This document shows, one piece after another, positions 29,716 to 38,500 of a stretch of DNA of 64,000 bases (its first letter is position 1; each line of letters begins with the position of its first letter). Location of the stretch: IMG/VR virus record IMGVR_UViG_3300017917_002350, positions 6,723 through 70,722 of that record; one strand, 5' to 3'. The stretch is from a virus. Below the pieces are notes generated by a model that saw only the letters and a list, made by a program, of their open reading frames with translations, was not told the origin of the DNA and ran no database searches. A program made the position numbers and the translations under genes.

Positions 29716-30891
29716 ATGGCTGGACGGAATTTTTTATTTGTGCCTGGACCCACTAATGTTCCAGATCGAGTTCAACGGGCTATGATTGTGTCAATGGAAG
29801 ATCATAGAAGCCCTAACTTTCCAGAAATTACTACTCAAATAACTGCTGGACTAAAACGAGTATTCAAGACTGAATCAGGAACGCCTTTTGTGTTTCCCAG
29901 TTCAGGAACAGGCTGCTGGGAAGCAGCCGTTACTAACACACTGAGCCCAGGGGACCGAGTGCTGGCCGCACGATTTGGCCAGTTTAGTCACCTCTGGATT
30001 GAAATGTGTACTAAATTAGGCTTAGATGTTGAAGTTGTAGATTGTGAATGGGGCACTGGTGTTCCTATCAATAAATTTTTTGAAATACTTGATAACGATG
30101 TAGATCATAAAATCAAGGCGGTTCTAGCCTGTCACAATGAAACTGCCACAGGTGTAACATCCGATATCGCCGCACTAAGAAAGGCCATGGATGCTGCCGC
30201 TCACCCTGCGTTATTGTTTGTTGATTGTGTATCAAGTCTGGCGTCGATCGATCTAAGATTTGATGAATGGAAGATTGACATGGCAGTGTCGGGATCACAA
30301 AAAGGTCTCATGTTGCCCGCTGGTTTGGGTATCTTGTGTGCCAGTCCTCGGGCATTGGAACTACGCCATGCTGCCCGACTCAAACGAGCATATTTTGATT
30401 TAAACGACATGCTCAATAGTAATGCCACAGGATACTATCCTTATACCCCGGCACTCAGTTTATTATATGGCTTGATTGAATCACTCAAGATGATTGACGA
30501 AGAAGGCTTAGACAACATTATCCGTCGACATCATTATCTGGCCAGCGGTGTTAGAGCCGCGGTGCAACAGGGTTGGGGACTAGAATTGTGCGCTCAAGAT
30601 CCCAAATGGTATTCGAATACTGTAAGTGCTATCATGGTACCTGAAGGAGTGAATGGTGCAGATGTTATCCGCAGAGCATACACTAGATATAATTTGTCGC
30701 TAGGTGCCGGACTATCAAAGGTTGCTGGTAAATTGTTCCGTATTGGTCATTTGGGTGACATGAACGAAGTACACCTAATGGCGGCCATTGCCGGAGCCGA
30801 AATGGCCATGCTAGACTGCGGCATCAATGTCGAACCGGGAAGTGGTGTGGCAGCAGCCAGTGAATATTGGCGCAATGCCTCGTTGCTCTAA
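29716..30891 (+). CDS. serine/alanine-glyoxylate aminotransferase (class V PLP)
   Basis: FVPGPTNVP, SSGTG.WE, HNETATGV, VDCVSSL, GSQKGLMLP (PLP Lys), FRIGHLG. Confidence 0.9.
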   Translation: MAGRNFLFVPGPTNVPDRVQRAMIVSMEDHRSPNFPEITTQITAGLKRVFKTESGTPFVFPSSGTGCWEAAVTNTLSPGDRVLAARFGQFSHLWIEMCTKLGLDVEVVDCEWGTGVPINKFFEILDNDVDHKIKAVLACHNETATGVTSDIAALRKAMDAAAHPALLFVDCVSSLASIDLRFDEWKIDMAVSGSQKGLMLPAGLGILCASPRALELRHAARLKRAYFDLNDMLNSNATGYYPYTPALSLLYGLIESLKMIDEEGLDNIIRRHHYLASGVRAAVQQGWGLELCAQDPKWYSNTVSAIMVPEGVNGADVIRRAYTRYNLSLGAGLSKVAGKLFRIGHLGDMNEVHLMAAIAGAEMAMLDCGINVEPGSGVAAASEYWRNASLL

Positions 30892-30916
30892 TCAACTGAT
30901 CATTATATAATTAATC

Positions 30917-31180
30917 ATGAAAAAACAAACCGTAACTATGACTCCTGAAGGCGGCCGTTGGTGGCGTATGCGTATCACCCATTGGACCGTGCTTGCTTTG
31001 TTGTTTCCACCTATTTTTATTATGCTCTGTATATTTTTACTAAATCCGCTTTGGTTTAGGGACGATTTGCTTATTTGGTTTGAAAACCGTATCAACACGT
31101 TTAGCGTATGGCGTAATAGATTGCTATACCGGATTTATTTAGGCGCAGATCCAGAAATTTGGCATGCGTTAAAAGATTAA
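30917..31180 (+). CDS. small membrane protein
   Basis: one hydrophobic helix; TATAAT 6 nt upstream. Confidence 0.55.
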   Translation: MKKQTVTMTPEGGRWWRMRITHWTVLALLFPPIFIMLCIFLLNPLWFRDDLLIWFENRINTFSVWRNRLLYRIYLGADPEIWHALKD

Positions 31181-31184
31181 CAAC

Positions 31185-31241
31185 TGTTACAAAGATAACA
31201 ACTGTTGCAAAAGTAACAACTTTTGTTGCAAAAAAGTAACA
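31185..31241. repeat. three tandem imperfect palindromes TGTT(A/G)C-N4/6-(G/A)TAACA
   Basis: 31185-31200, 31203-31218, 31224-31241; directly upstream of a -35 box. Confidence 0.75.
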
Positions 31242-31242
31242 G

Positions 31243-31283
31243 TTGACCCAAATGGCCCATTTTGCTATAATATTGGTATAGTA
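31243..31283 (+). promoter_or_regulatory. strong early promoter, copy 1
   Basis: TTGACC-17 nt-TATAAT with extended TGC; near-identical to 31648-31688. Confidence 0.85.
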
Positions 31284-31303
31284 ACTAATAAGGAGCGTAC
31301 CAA

Positions 31304-31651
31304 ATGAAAGCACTAAAATTCTTTGATTTAGAAGAAGTGTGCCAAGAAGTTTCGGGCCCAGCAGTAAAAAAACTTAACAAATCGTTAGTACTAGATGGCG
31401 CCTACGGTTGCCAGCATGCCATAGAAGGCATCCTAGAGAATGCCAAATTGGATAGCAATGACGAAGATTTGTGGCAGGCTTGTGAAGCGGGTATTGTTGC
31501 TACCTTACAATCCGTAAATGCTGTGATGAAGAATCTTGGCATTGACTTTGAGATTGTAGAAGTGGATCTTGTAGAGTATACAGCCTGGATGATGGTTGTT
31601 AAAGGCCAAACACCTAAGTTGCTAATCAAACAACTGAAACAGGCCGCTTGA
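31304..31651 (+). CDS. early hypothetical protein
   Basis: AAGGAGC SD, own promoter. Confidence 0.7.
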   Translation: MKALKFFDLEEVCQEVSGPAVKKLNKSLVLDGAYGCQHAIEGILENAKLDSNDEDLWQACEAGIVATLQSVNAVMKNLGIDFEIVEVDLVEYTAWMMVVKGQTPKLLIKQLKQAA

Positions 31652-31688
31652 CCAAAAAGACCCATTTTGCTATAATATTAGTATAGTA
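31648..31688 (+). promoter_or_regulatory. strong early promoter, copy 2
   Basis: TTGACC-17 nt-TATAAT; CCCATTTTGCTATAATATT shared with copy 1. Confidence 0.85.
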
Positions 31689-31712
31689 AACAAACAACCA
31701 AAGGAGCAACAA

Positions 31713-31982
31713 ATGGCAGCACACAAAGACATGCAGGGCCGGACACTACGGGTAGGCGATACCGTAGCCTATGTGAGTTATCACAATGGCAACAGCCTAG
31801 TGATAGGTCGGGTTCAGGATCTCAAAAAGGTCCGTGCTGAAGTAGTAACCCCGAGTAATGGGTGGCTAGGCGGCGATACTGTAGAGACTATTCGCTCGGA
31901 TCAGCTGATCAAGTTGGCCGCAGCAAAGGCACCAAAGCCCAAGAGTGCCAAAATCTTTGCCTTTCCTAAACATACTGCTTGA
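31713..31982 (+). CDS. early hypothetical protein (KOW/SH3-like)
   Basis: AAAGGAGC SD; D.QGRTLRVGDTVAY. Confidence 0.65.
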   Translation: MAAHKDMQGRTLRVGDTVAYVSYHNGNSLVIGRVQDLKKVRAEVVTPSNGWLGGDTVETIRSDQLIKLAAAKAPKPKSAKIFAFPKHTA

Positions 31983-32007
31983 CAGTAATACTTGAATTTG
32001 CTATAAT
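31979..32007 (+). promoter_or_regulatory. early promoter, copy 3
   Basis: TTGACA-17 nt-TATAAT with TTTGC. Confidence 0.8.
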
Positions 32008-32051
32008 AAGTGAATAATAACAATACAACTTTAAACCGTAAAGGAGCTGTT

Positions 32052-33089
32052 ATGAGTTTCGTAAGAATCAAATCCGGTGCATATCGCACCACTGATGTAT
32101 CCGGTCGTGTATTCCAACTTGTAGAACAGTACAAGGCCGGTGCCAAAGGCGGTTATGTAACAGTCAAGAACGGTGGCCAATTCCCTGGCTTCCCGGAAGA
32201 CATCCGTGTCAAAGTCAATGCTATGAGTGATTACGAATTTGTAGGTGCCGACGAGTTTGATGGCCAGATGGTTGATATGGATACCGATGTTGCGGCTGTA
32301 GTGAATGACAGCAAAACAGATGAAGAACGTATGGCTGAGATTGCTGAGCGTTTTGAGATCCTGCATGAAATGACCAAGGCTGCTACCAACGGTGACATCC
32401 GTGCCATGATTGTGTCGGGTCCTCCGGGTGTGGGCAAGAGCTTTGGTGTAGAACTTGAGATTGAAAAAGCTACTCTGTTGGACCAGATTGCAGGTCGTCG
32501 ACTGCGAGCCGAAGTGGTTAAAGGTTCGGCTACTGCAATTGGCCTGTACCAGGCCTTGTACAAGTATTCGGATCCCAACTGCGTAATTGTGTTTGATGAC
32601 TGCGACAGTATCCTATTAGATGATGTGTGTCTAAACTTGCTCAAGGGTGCGCTGGACTCAGGCAAGAAGCGCAAGATTTCGTGGCTAAGTGACAGCCGTA
32701 TCCTTCGCAGTGAAGGCATACCCGACAGCTTTGAGTTCAAAGGAAGTGTAATCTTTATTACTAACTTAAAGTTTGACAAGATGAAGAGCCAGAAATTGCG
32801 TGACCACTTGGATGCACTGCAATCACGCTGCCACTACTTGGACTTGACCCTGGATACCATGCGTGACAAAGTGCTGCGTATTAAACAGATTGCACGTAGC
32901 GGCGAACTGTTTGCGGACCTTGAGTTGAGCGAAGTGGCACAGGACGAGATTATCTCGTTTATGGATGAGAACAAGAACCGACTGCGCGAGATGAGCTTGC
33001 GTATGGCAATCAAGATTGGACAGCTATACAAGAGCTTCCCTACCAAGTGGATAGCATTGGCTCAAAGCACTTGTATGAAAAGTGCATAA
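32052..33089 (+). CDS. early AAA+/P-loop ATPase
   Basis: AAAGGAGCT SD before ATG 32052; Walker A GPPGVGKS, Walker B IVFDDCD, FITN, ALQSR. Confidence 0.85.
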   Translation: MSFVRIKSGAYRTTDVSGRVFQLVEQYKAGAKGGYVTVKNGGQFPGFPEDIRVKVNAMSDYEFVGADEFDGQMVDMDTDVAAVVNDSKTDEERMAEIAERFEILHEMTKAATNGDIRAMIVSGPPGVGKSFGVELEIEKATLLDQIAGRRLRAEVVKGSATAIGLYQALYKYSDPNCVIVFDDCDSILLDDVCLNLLKGALDSGKKRKISWLSDSRILRSEGIPDSFEFKGSVIFITNLKFDKMKSQKLRDHLDALQSRCHYLDLTLDTMRDKVLRIKQIARSGELFADLELSEVAQDEIISFMDENKNRLREMSLRMAIKIGQLYKSFPTKWIALAQSTCMKSA

Positions 33090-33095
33090 GTTTTA

Positions 33096-33135
33096 GAACC
33101 ATGCGTTTTTGTTAGCTCCTTTTACGTTTTGGTTC
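33096..33135 (+). ncRNA. candidate 3'-UTR-derived regulatory hairpin with an anti-Shine-Dalgarno loop
   Basis: stem GAACCA/TGGTTC; loop contains AGCTCCTTTT, complementary to the AAAGGAGCT RBS of upstream early genes. Confidence 0.4.
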
Positions 33136-33162
33136 AAAGCCCACTTAGGTGGGCTTTTTTTT
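33136..33162 (+). terminator. Rho-independent terminator
   Basis: AAAGCCCAC-TTAG-GTGGGCTTT followed by a T-run. Confidence 0.9.
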
Positions 33163-33194
33163 GACTATTTTTTATTTTGTGCTACAATACACGT

Positions 33195-34355
33195 ATGAAA
33201 AAATACACTTACGTCGAGGATTATTTAGAAGTTATAAACGGCGATCGTGATCCAATAACAGGGAGGATACACGGATTGTTTGATAGTACGCCGCCAATTA
33301 TTAGCTTGGCACGATATGATGTTCAAGTGTTGGACAGTATGAGTGCTGCCACACAAAGCGGAAAAGCATTGACTGATAAACAAGCCGAATTAGCTGTAAA
33401 AATAATTTTAAAATATCGTAAGCAATTGGAGAAATTAGAAATTGATATTGGCCCAATTGATAGTCCTCAGTTTAGACTTGGCATAAGGCAAGTTGATCGC
33501 CGCAGGATGCTTTATATTGATAATGATAACATTGTTATAAAGTTTCCTTACGAAACAAAACTAATTGATGATTTAAGAGATCTATCTAAAATGAGTCAAG
33601 GCACTTGGAAGTTTGATTCTAAAGAAAAAGTATGGCGGTTGGGTTTGACAGAAACTAATGTTATAGCAGCCAACGGGTTTGCTAAAAATCATAACTTTGA
33701 AATACAAGATGAATTCAATGACCTTGTGCAGACTGTGATCCACTGCGAAAAAAATCCTTACGAAATCAAATTAATTAAAAACAATGACAAACTACAAATA
33801 CAAAATGCTGCCAACAGTTTAGTTCAAGCAATTGAAAATCATTGCGGGTTTGATACTAGCAATATTGAATTGTTAGTTGATAATGCTCCAATCTATGGTT
33901 ATTCCGTAGAAGACTCAATACTAGCACAGATTTTAACTGTTTACTCGCCAAGAATTTGCAATTTAATGACAGCGCAAGAGTCCAAATTTAAACCTGACAG
34001 CGACCAAACTGTTTATCAAGACCTTATACGCTATGCAAAAATCACTGGACGTTTTCCTATCTATGTATACGAGCCCGACATGAGCGATCGTTTGTATAAA
34101 AATTTTGTAAGTAAATATTTTGATACTGCTGATGTGCACCGGGTGCAACAATTGAAAAAAGAACCTGTCACTGTTGATAAAAAAGTCATTTACTTTAACA
34201 AGTATTCAGCACAATGGGATCAAGCAATACTGTTACTAATAAGTGGCCAAGGTATGATGCATGGAGGAGAAAAAAGTTTGATGTTACAACAAGCCGAAAA
34301 GATTGTATATTTTGCAACAGAAGTTTATAATAACAAAAACATTAGAAGAAACTGA
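33195..34355 (+). CDS. hypothetical protein upstream of uvsW
   Basis: long ORF; TTGACT-16 nt-TACAAT promoter, ATG 7 nt after the -10. Confidence 0.7.
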   Translation: MKKYTYVEDYLEVINGDRDPITGRIHGLFDSTPPIISLARYDVQVLDSMSAATQSGKALTDKQAELAVKIILKYRKQLEKLEIDIGPIDSPQFRLGIRQVDRRRMLYIDNDNIVIKFPYETKLIDDLRDLSKMSQGTWKFDSKEKVWRLGLTETNVIAANGFAKNHNFEIQDEFNDLVQTVIHCEKNPYEIKLIKNNDKLQIQNAANSLVQAIENHCGFDTSNIELLVDNAPIYGYSVEDSILAQILTVYSPRICNLMTAQESKFKPDSDQTVYQDLIRYAKITGRFPIYVYEPDMSDRLYKNFVSKYFDTADVHRVQQLKKEPVTVDKKVIYFNKYSAQWDQAILLLISGQGMMHGGEKSLMLQQAEKIVYFATEVYNNKNIRRN

Positions 34356-35809
34356 TGCAAGCCAAACTAATAATACGCGACGAAGTAAATGTAAAAATTG
34401 AAGGACTTGAACTTGGCACACGCACCGCCTTGGTCAAAAAGTACAAGTACGAAATACCTGGTGCCCGCTATCAGCCCAGTGTTCGACTTGGTCGGTGGGA
34501 CGGAAAAGTGGCTTTTTTTAATCTTGGAGGCACAACTTATATCAACTTGCTACCTGAAATACTTCCGTATTTAGACGAGCAAGGGTACGACATTGAAATA
34601 CAAGATACTAGAGAATATCGTACTACATTTGATTTTGCCCCAGTCGACGAAAACACCTATCAACACAAAACATGGCCTCGTGGTCATCCCAGGGCCGGCG
34701 AACCAATAGTACTTAGAGACTACCAACCAGAGATTATCAATAGATTTTTATCTAATCCACAATGTGTTCAAGAAGTAGCCACAGGTGCAGGTAAAACAAT
34801 TATTACTGCTGCGCTAGCAGATGCGGTAAGCAAATACGGACGCACTATTGTAATTGTGCCTAACAAAAGTCTAGTTACACAAACAGAAGATGATTTTGTA
34901 AATTTAGAATTAGATACAGGTGTGTACTTTGGTGATCGTAAAGAATACAATCGTACACACACCATATGCACGTGGCAGAGCCTAAACAACTTGTTAAAGA
35001 ACACCAAGAACGCCGAAGCCGAAATCACCATTGGTGAGTTCTTGGAAGGAGTTGTAGCTGTAATTGTTGATGAAACACATCAAGCCAAAGCAGATGCACT
35101 AAAAACTCTACTAAGCGGACCTTTTGCACAAGTGCCGATCCGCTGGGGACTAACTGGTACCATACCCAAGGAAGACTACGCTAGACAAAGTATCAACTGT
35201 ATGATTGGACCAGTTGTAGGTCAACTGAGCGCCAGTGAATTACAAGAAGCCGGGCACCTAGCACAGTGCCATGTGAATGTGGTGCAGTTGGCTGACCATA
35301 AAGAATATACAAATTATCAAAGCGAATTAAAATATCTAATAGAAACAAGTGAAAGACTGGACTACATTGCTAGATTGATAAGTACTATTGTTGATTCGGG
35401 CAATACACTTATACTGGTAGATAGAATTAGTGCAGGACGAGCATTAGCTGCACGATTACCAGGTAGCGTGTTTGTTTCCGGGGCAACCAAAGCCGGAGAA
35501 CGTAAAGAGCACTATGACGAAGTGGCAGAAGCGTCAGACAAAATTATCATTGCTACTTACGGCGTGGCTGCTGTTGGCATCAATATTCCCCGCATTTTTA
35601 ATCTTGTTCTCCTTGAGCCTGGCAAATCTTTTGTACGTGTTATTCAAAGTATCGGGCGCGGCATTCGTCGTGCAGAAGATAAAGACTTTGTACAAATCTG
35701 GGACATTACCAGCACCTGTAAGTTTGCAAAAAGACATCTAACAAAAAGAAAAGCTTTCTACAAAGAAGCCAATTATCCGTTTACGGTTGAAAAGGCCGAA
35801 TGGCAATGA
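34355..35809 (+). CDS. uvsW: SF2 DNA helicase UvsW-like
   Basis: RLGRWDGK, LRDYQ, ATGAGKT, VDETH, GLTGT, QSIGRGIR. Confidence 0.9.
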   Translation: MQAKLIIRDEVNVKIEGLELGTRTALVKKYKYEIPGARYQPSVRLGRWDGKVAFFNLGGTTYINLLPEILPYLDEQGYDIEIQDTREYRTTFDFAPVDENTYQHKTWPRGHPRAGEPIVLRDYQPEIINRFLSNPQCVQEVATGAGKTIITAALADAVSKYGRTIVIVPNKSLVTQTEDDFVNLELDTGVYFGDRKEYNRTHTICTWQSLNNLLKNTKNAEAEITIGEFLEGVVAVIVDETHQAKADALKTLLSGPFAQVPIRWGLTGTIPKEDYARQSINCMIGPVVGQLSASELQEAGHLAQCHVNVVQLADHKEYTNYQSELKYLIETSERLDYIARLISTIVDSGNTLILVDRISAGRALAARLPGSVFVSGATKAGERKEHYDEVAEASDKIIIATYGVAAVGINIPRIFNLVLLEPGKSFVRVIQSIGRGIRRAEDKDFVQIWDITSTCKFAKRHLTKRKAFYKEANYPFTVEKAEWQ

Positions 35810-36000
35810 GTTTCCAAATTGAAGATAGAGGTAATGGAGTTAAATGGGTACAAATTGATAGTCCTAGAATAAAAGACATGGCCAAATGGTGTCGTGAAAC
35901 CGGATGCGGTAAACAAGTAAACTTTAAACAAATTAGCTTTCGCTGCGAATCAGAACTAACAATGTTTTTAATAAAATGGCAGGCCAATAATGTCAAGTAA
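35800..36000 (+). CDS. small hypothetical protein
   Basis: 66 aa; WC.E..F..E.ELTMF.IKW. Confidence 0.55.
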   Translation: MAMSFQIEDRGNGVKWVQIDSPRIKDMAKWCRETGCGKQVNFKQISFRCESELTMFLIKWQANNVK

Positions 36001-36574
36001 AACATTTGTGTGTGGAGATAGTTTTATGTCTCCGGATCCTCGAGCACCAGGTCGCCATTTCAGTGAGATAATAGGAGCAACAAGTCTGGCAAAACCTGGT
36101 TGCAGTAATACAGATATATGTTTCCAAATTGAACGAGCAATTGCTCTTGAAGCAGATAGAGTAATAATTGCAACAACAGATTGTGCAAGGATAGAATTAA
36201 GACTAACAAGCACAAGTCTTGCGTCAATAGACCTAGATAGTTTTAGAAATGGACAGTATGCAAGTGACACTATACCCACATTCATTGGCGAAGAGCCAGA
36301 CTTAAAACACAAGTATTCTTTGTCAACAACTAGACGTCTAGCAGTTAAACAGTATTTTACAGAAATATTTGACCCTGCATTGAAAAGTATTACAGATCGT
36401 TGGAACTTAGAATATTTTTTACTACAGTTAGAAAAAAAACAAATCAACTATACTGTACTAGACAGAAATTTTGTAATTTACAAATACGCAGAACAATATC
36501 CCAATGAACCATATGTGTTTCACACGGATTTTTTAACACAAGAACAAGCAGCAATTTTACTTTTACAACAATGA
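35990..36574 (+). CDS. SGNH-hydrolase-like protein
   Basis: VCGDSF, AKPGCSN, C-terminal FH. Confidence 0.5.
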   Translation: MSSKTFVCGDSFMSPDPRAPGRHFSEIIGATSLAKPGCSNTDICFQIERAIALEADRVIIATTDCARIELRLTSTSLASIDLDSFRNGQYASDTIPTFIGEEPDLKHKYSLSTTRRLAVKQYFTEIFDPALKSITDRWNLEYFLLQLEKKQINYTVLDRNFVIYKYAEQYPNEPYVFHTDFLTQEQAAILLLQQ

Positions 36575-37074
36575 GAATACTTACATTAGAAAACACAGCA
36601 TATGAACTAAACGAAGTGCCTGACGAAATCGAGGATTTGAGATTCGCTGTATTAGATAATAGCGATCCTAGAACCCCTGATTATTTTTATATACCTCTCA
36701 TATTTTTAGAAAGTTTTAATAGTCCTGCACTAGTATTAAAAATAGGAGACAACATAGTTAAAATGCCAGTAGATTGGCATGTGCTCATTGGAGAACCAGA
36801 TCTAGGCGACTTAGAGGTAGTGCCATTGACCAGTATCAACGATCGCGGATTTAGTGTATTTTGCTTTAATCCTGTAAGCAGCTTCAAACCAGAGTTTGCC
36901 AAAATTGAAATAGTTGATATCTATCAAGATGTAAAATGGTATTTCCCCAAACTCAAACCTGGACAATTGCTAGCAGTCCCGTTGGAGACTGGTGTTGAAA
37001 AACCCTTGTGTGCCTACTTTGTTAAAGACATTTCAAGACAAAGCGAGGTAGTTGACTATTCAAAATGTTGGTGA
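36571..37074 (+). CDS. hypothetical protein (possible degenerate Hint-like fold)
   Basis: 167 aa beta-rich ORF, translationally coupled. Confidence 0.6.
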   Translation: MRILTLENTAYELNEVPDEIEDLRFAVLDNSDPRTPDYFYIPLIFLESFNSPALVLKIGDNIVKMPVDWHVLIGEPDLGDLEVVPLTSINDRGFSVFCFNPVSSFKPEFAKIEIVDIYQDVKWYFPKLKPGQLLAVPLETGVEKPLCAYFVKDISRQSEVVDYSKCW

Positions 37075-37078
37075 TGCA

Positions 37079-37369
37079 ATGAGTCAGCTTGAACCCGGTG
37101 CAAGTTACGTTTATGAACGAGTGGATGGTGTAACTTATGCTCGTAAGTTAGGAGATCCACCAGACAAAAGATTTGAGATAGGCAGAGATTACGATCCTAG
37201 AACTAGTGACGGTAGACCGTTGCACGACCATTTAATGGATTCAAAACTTTGGGGAGAAATTCATCGTGCAGCTAAAACAAATCCTGCTTTACAAGATGCA
37301 CTAGATCGTGTTAAACTAATTCATGCACTAAGTAAACAAGATGACAACGTGCCACATCATCCAGTATGA
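37079..37369 (+). CDS. hypothetical protein
   Basis: YVYERVDGVTYAR..LWGEI..NPALQDAL. Confidence 0.65.
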   Translation: MSQLEPGASYVYERVDGVTYARKLGDPPDKRFEIGRDYDPRTSDGRPLHDHLMDSKLWGEIHRAAKTNPALQDALDRVKLIHALSKQDDNVPHHPV

Positions 37370-37830
37370 CAGATAAACTAAACATAACAAATGAAATGCG
37401 AGTGTTTGATTCAAAGGATCGAACGTTTTATCGTGAACTCACTGAAGAAGAACGCCGAAAGTTCAGCACGTTCCTAATGATAAGATGGGGATCAAGTGTA
37501 CAAGGCTCAACAGAACTACAACAGTACTATCTACTTGCTTGCAACGAAAATCTAAACAAACACTTTTTTGAACTGAGTCGACACCCTGAATTGCAGTGGT
37601 TGTTGGCTACCACAGTTAGTCCGGGCATGGGCACTTTTAGGCACAACTGGATAAAACAAAAAAAACGTGAAGGCAGTAATAATAAAGCAGTAAAATTTTT
37701 AAGACAAATTTATCCAACACTTAGTGAAGACGAATTAGAATTATTGGCATCAATCAATGATACAGCAGATCTTAAACAGTTGGCAAGAGAACATGGTTGG
37801 GATGACAAGCGAATCAAGTCAGAACTATAA
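37366..37830 (+). CDS. clamp-loader small subunit (T4 gp62)-like protein
   Basis: F..FLMIRW.S..NE..N..HPELQW..HNWIKQKK. Confidence 0.5.
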   Translation: MTDKLNITNEMRVFDSKDRTFYRELTEEERRKFSTFLMIRWGSSVQGSTELQQYYLLACNENLNKHFFELSRHPELQWLLATTVSPGMGTFRHNWIKQKKREGSNNKAVKFLRQIYPTLSEDELELLASINDTADLKQLAREHGWDDKRIKSEL

Positions 37831-38500
37831 ATGTAAATATTGTGAAAAACTGTTTCGCAAAGAATCAACTCTTGCAGCACATCTGTGCGAGCAAAAGCGC
37901 AGATGGCAACAAGAAACTGAAACAGGAGTACAATTTGGACTTAGAGCATATCTACAATTTTATGAATCTACACAAGGTAGTGCTCAACTTAAAAGTTATG
38001 AAAATTTTGTAACCAGCCCGTATTACAACGCTTTTGTCAAGTTTGGTAGACACATGGTTGATATTCGCTGCATCAATAACACCAGTTTTACTGCTTGGTT
38101 ATTAAAAAACAATAAAAAACTAGATTATTGGTGTAAAGACAGTTTTTATGAGGAATGGTTGTATGAATATATTAAAAAGGAAGCAGTGCAAGACGCACTT
38201 GAACGAGCACTCAAGGAAATGGAGAAATACGCCGGGGGAGATAGTGGTCTTGCTAGCTTCAGCCATTATTTTAAGTACGGCAATCGTAATAGGATTTGTC
38301 ATCACATTACCAGTGGTCGTATTAGCCCTTGGGTTATCTATAATTGTGCTAGTGGCATTGAATTTCTTGAGTCTATTACTGAAGAACATTTGGCCATTAT
38401 TCTTCCTTGGATTGATCCTGATTATTGGAATCGTCGGTTTCGGGACTATGTAGCTGATGCAGAATGGTGCAAACTGGTGTTAAAGGAAGCAGGGCTTTGA
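37793..38500 (+). CDS. hypothetical protein with N-terminal C2H-C zinc finger
   Basis: CKYCEKLF..L.AHLCE. Confidence 0.65.
   Translation: MVGMTSESSQNYKCKYCEKLFRKESTLAAHLCEQKRRWQQETETGVQFGLRAYLQFYESTQGSAQLKSYENFVTSPYYNAFVKFGRHMVDIRCINNTSFTAWLLKNNKKLDYWCKDSFYEEWLYEYIKKEAVQDALERALKEMEKYAGGDSGLASFSHYFKYGNRNRICHHITSGRISPWVIYNCASGIEFLESITEEHLAIILPWIDPDYWNRRFRDYVADAEWCKLVLKEAGL

Noticed and set aside
31185-31690. CRISPR array
   Set aside because: Repeats are promoters/operators with no regular unique spacers; no cas genes (the 60221 nuclease is a generic phage exonuclease)
32031-33046. Antisense ORFs over the AAA ATPase and similar shadow ORFs elsewhere (e.g. 20-325, 2415-2801, 5902-6306, 44477-44881)
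   Set aside because: Fully overlap well-supported genes; no RBS or motifs
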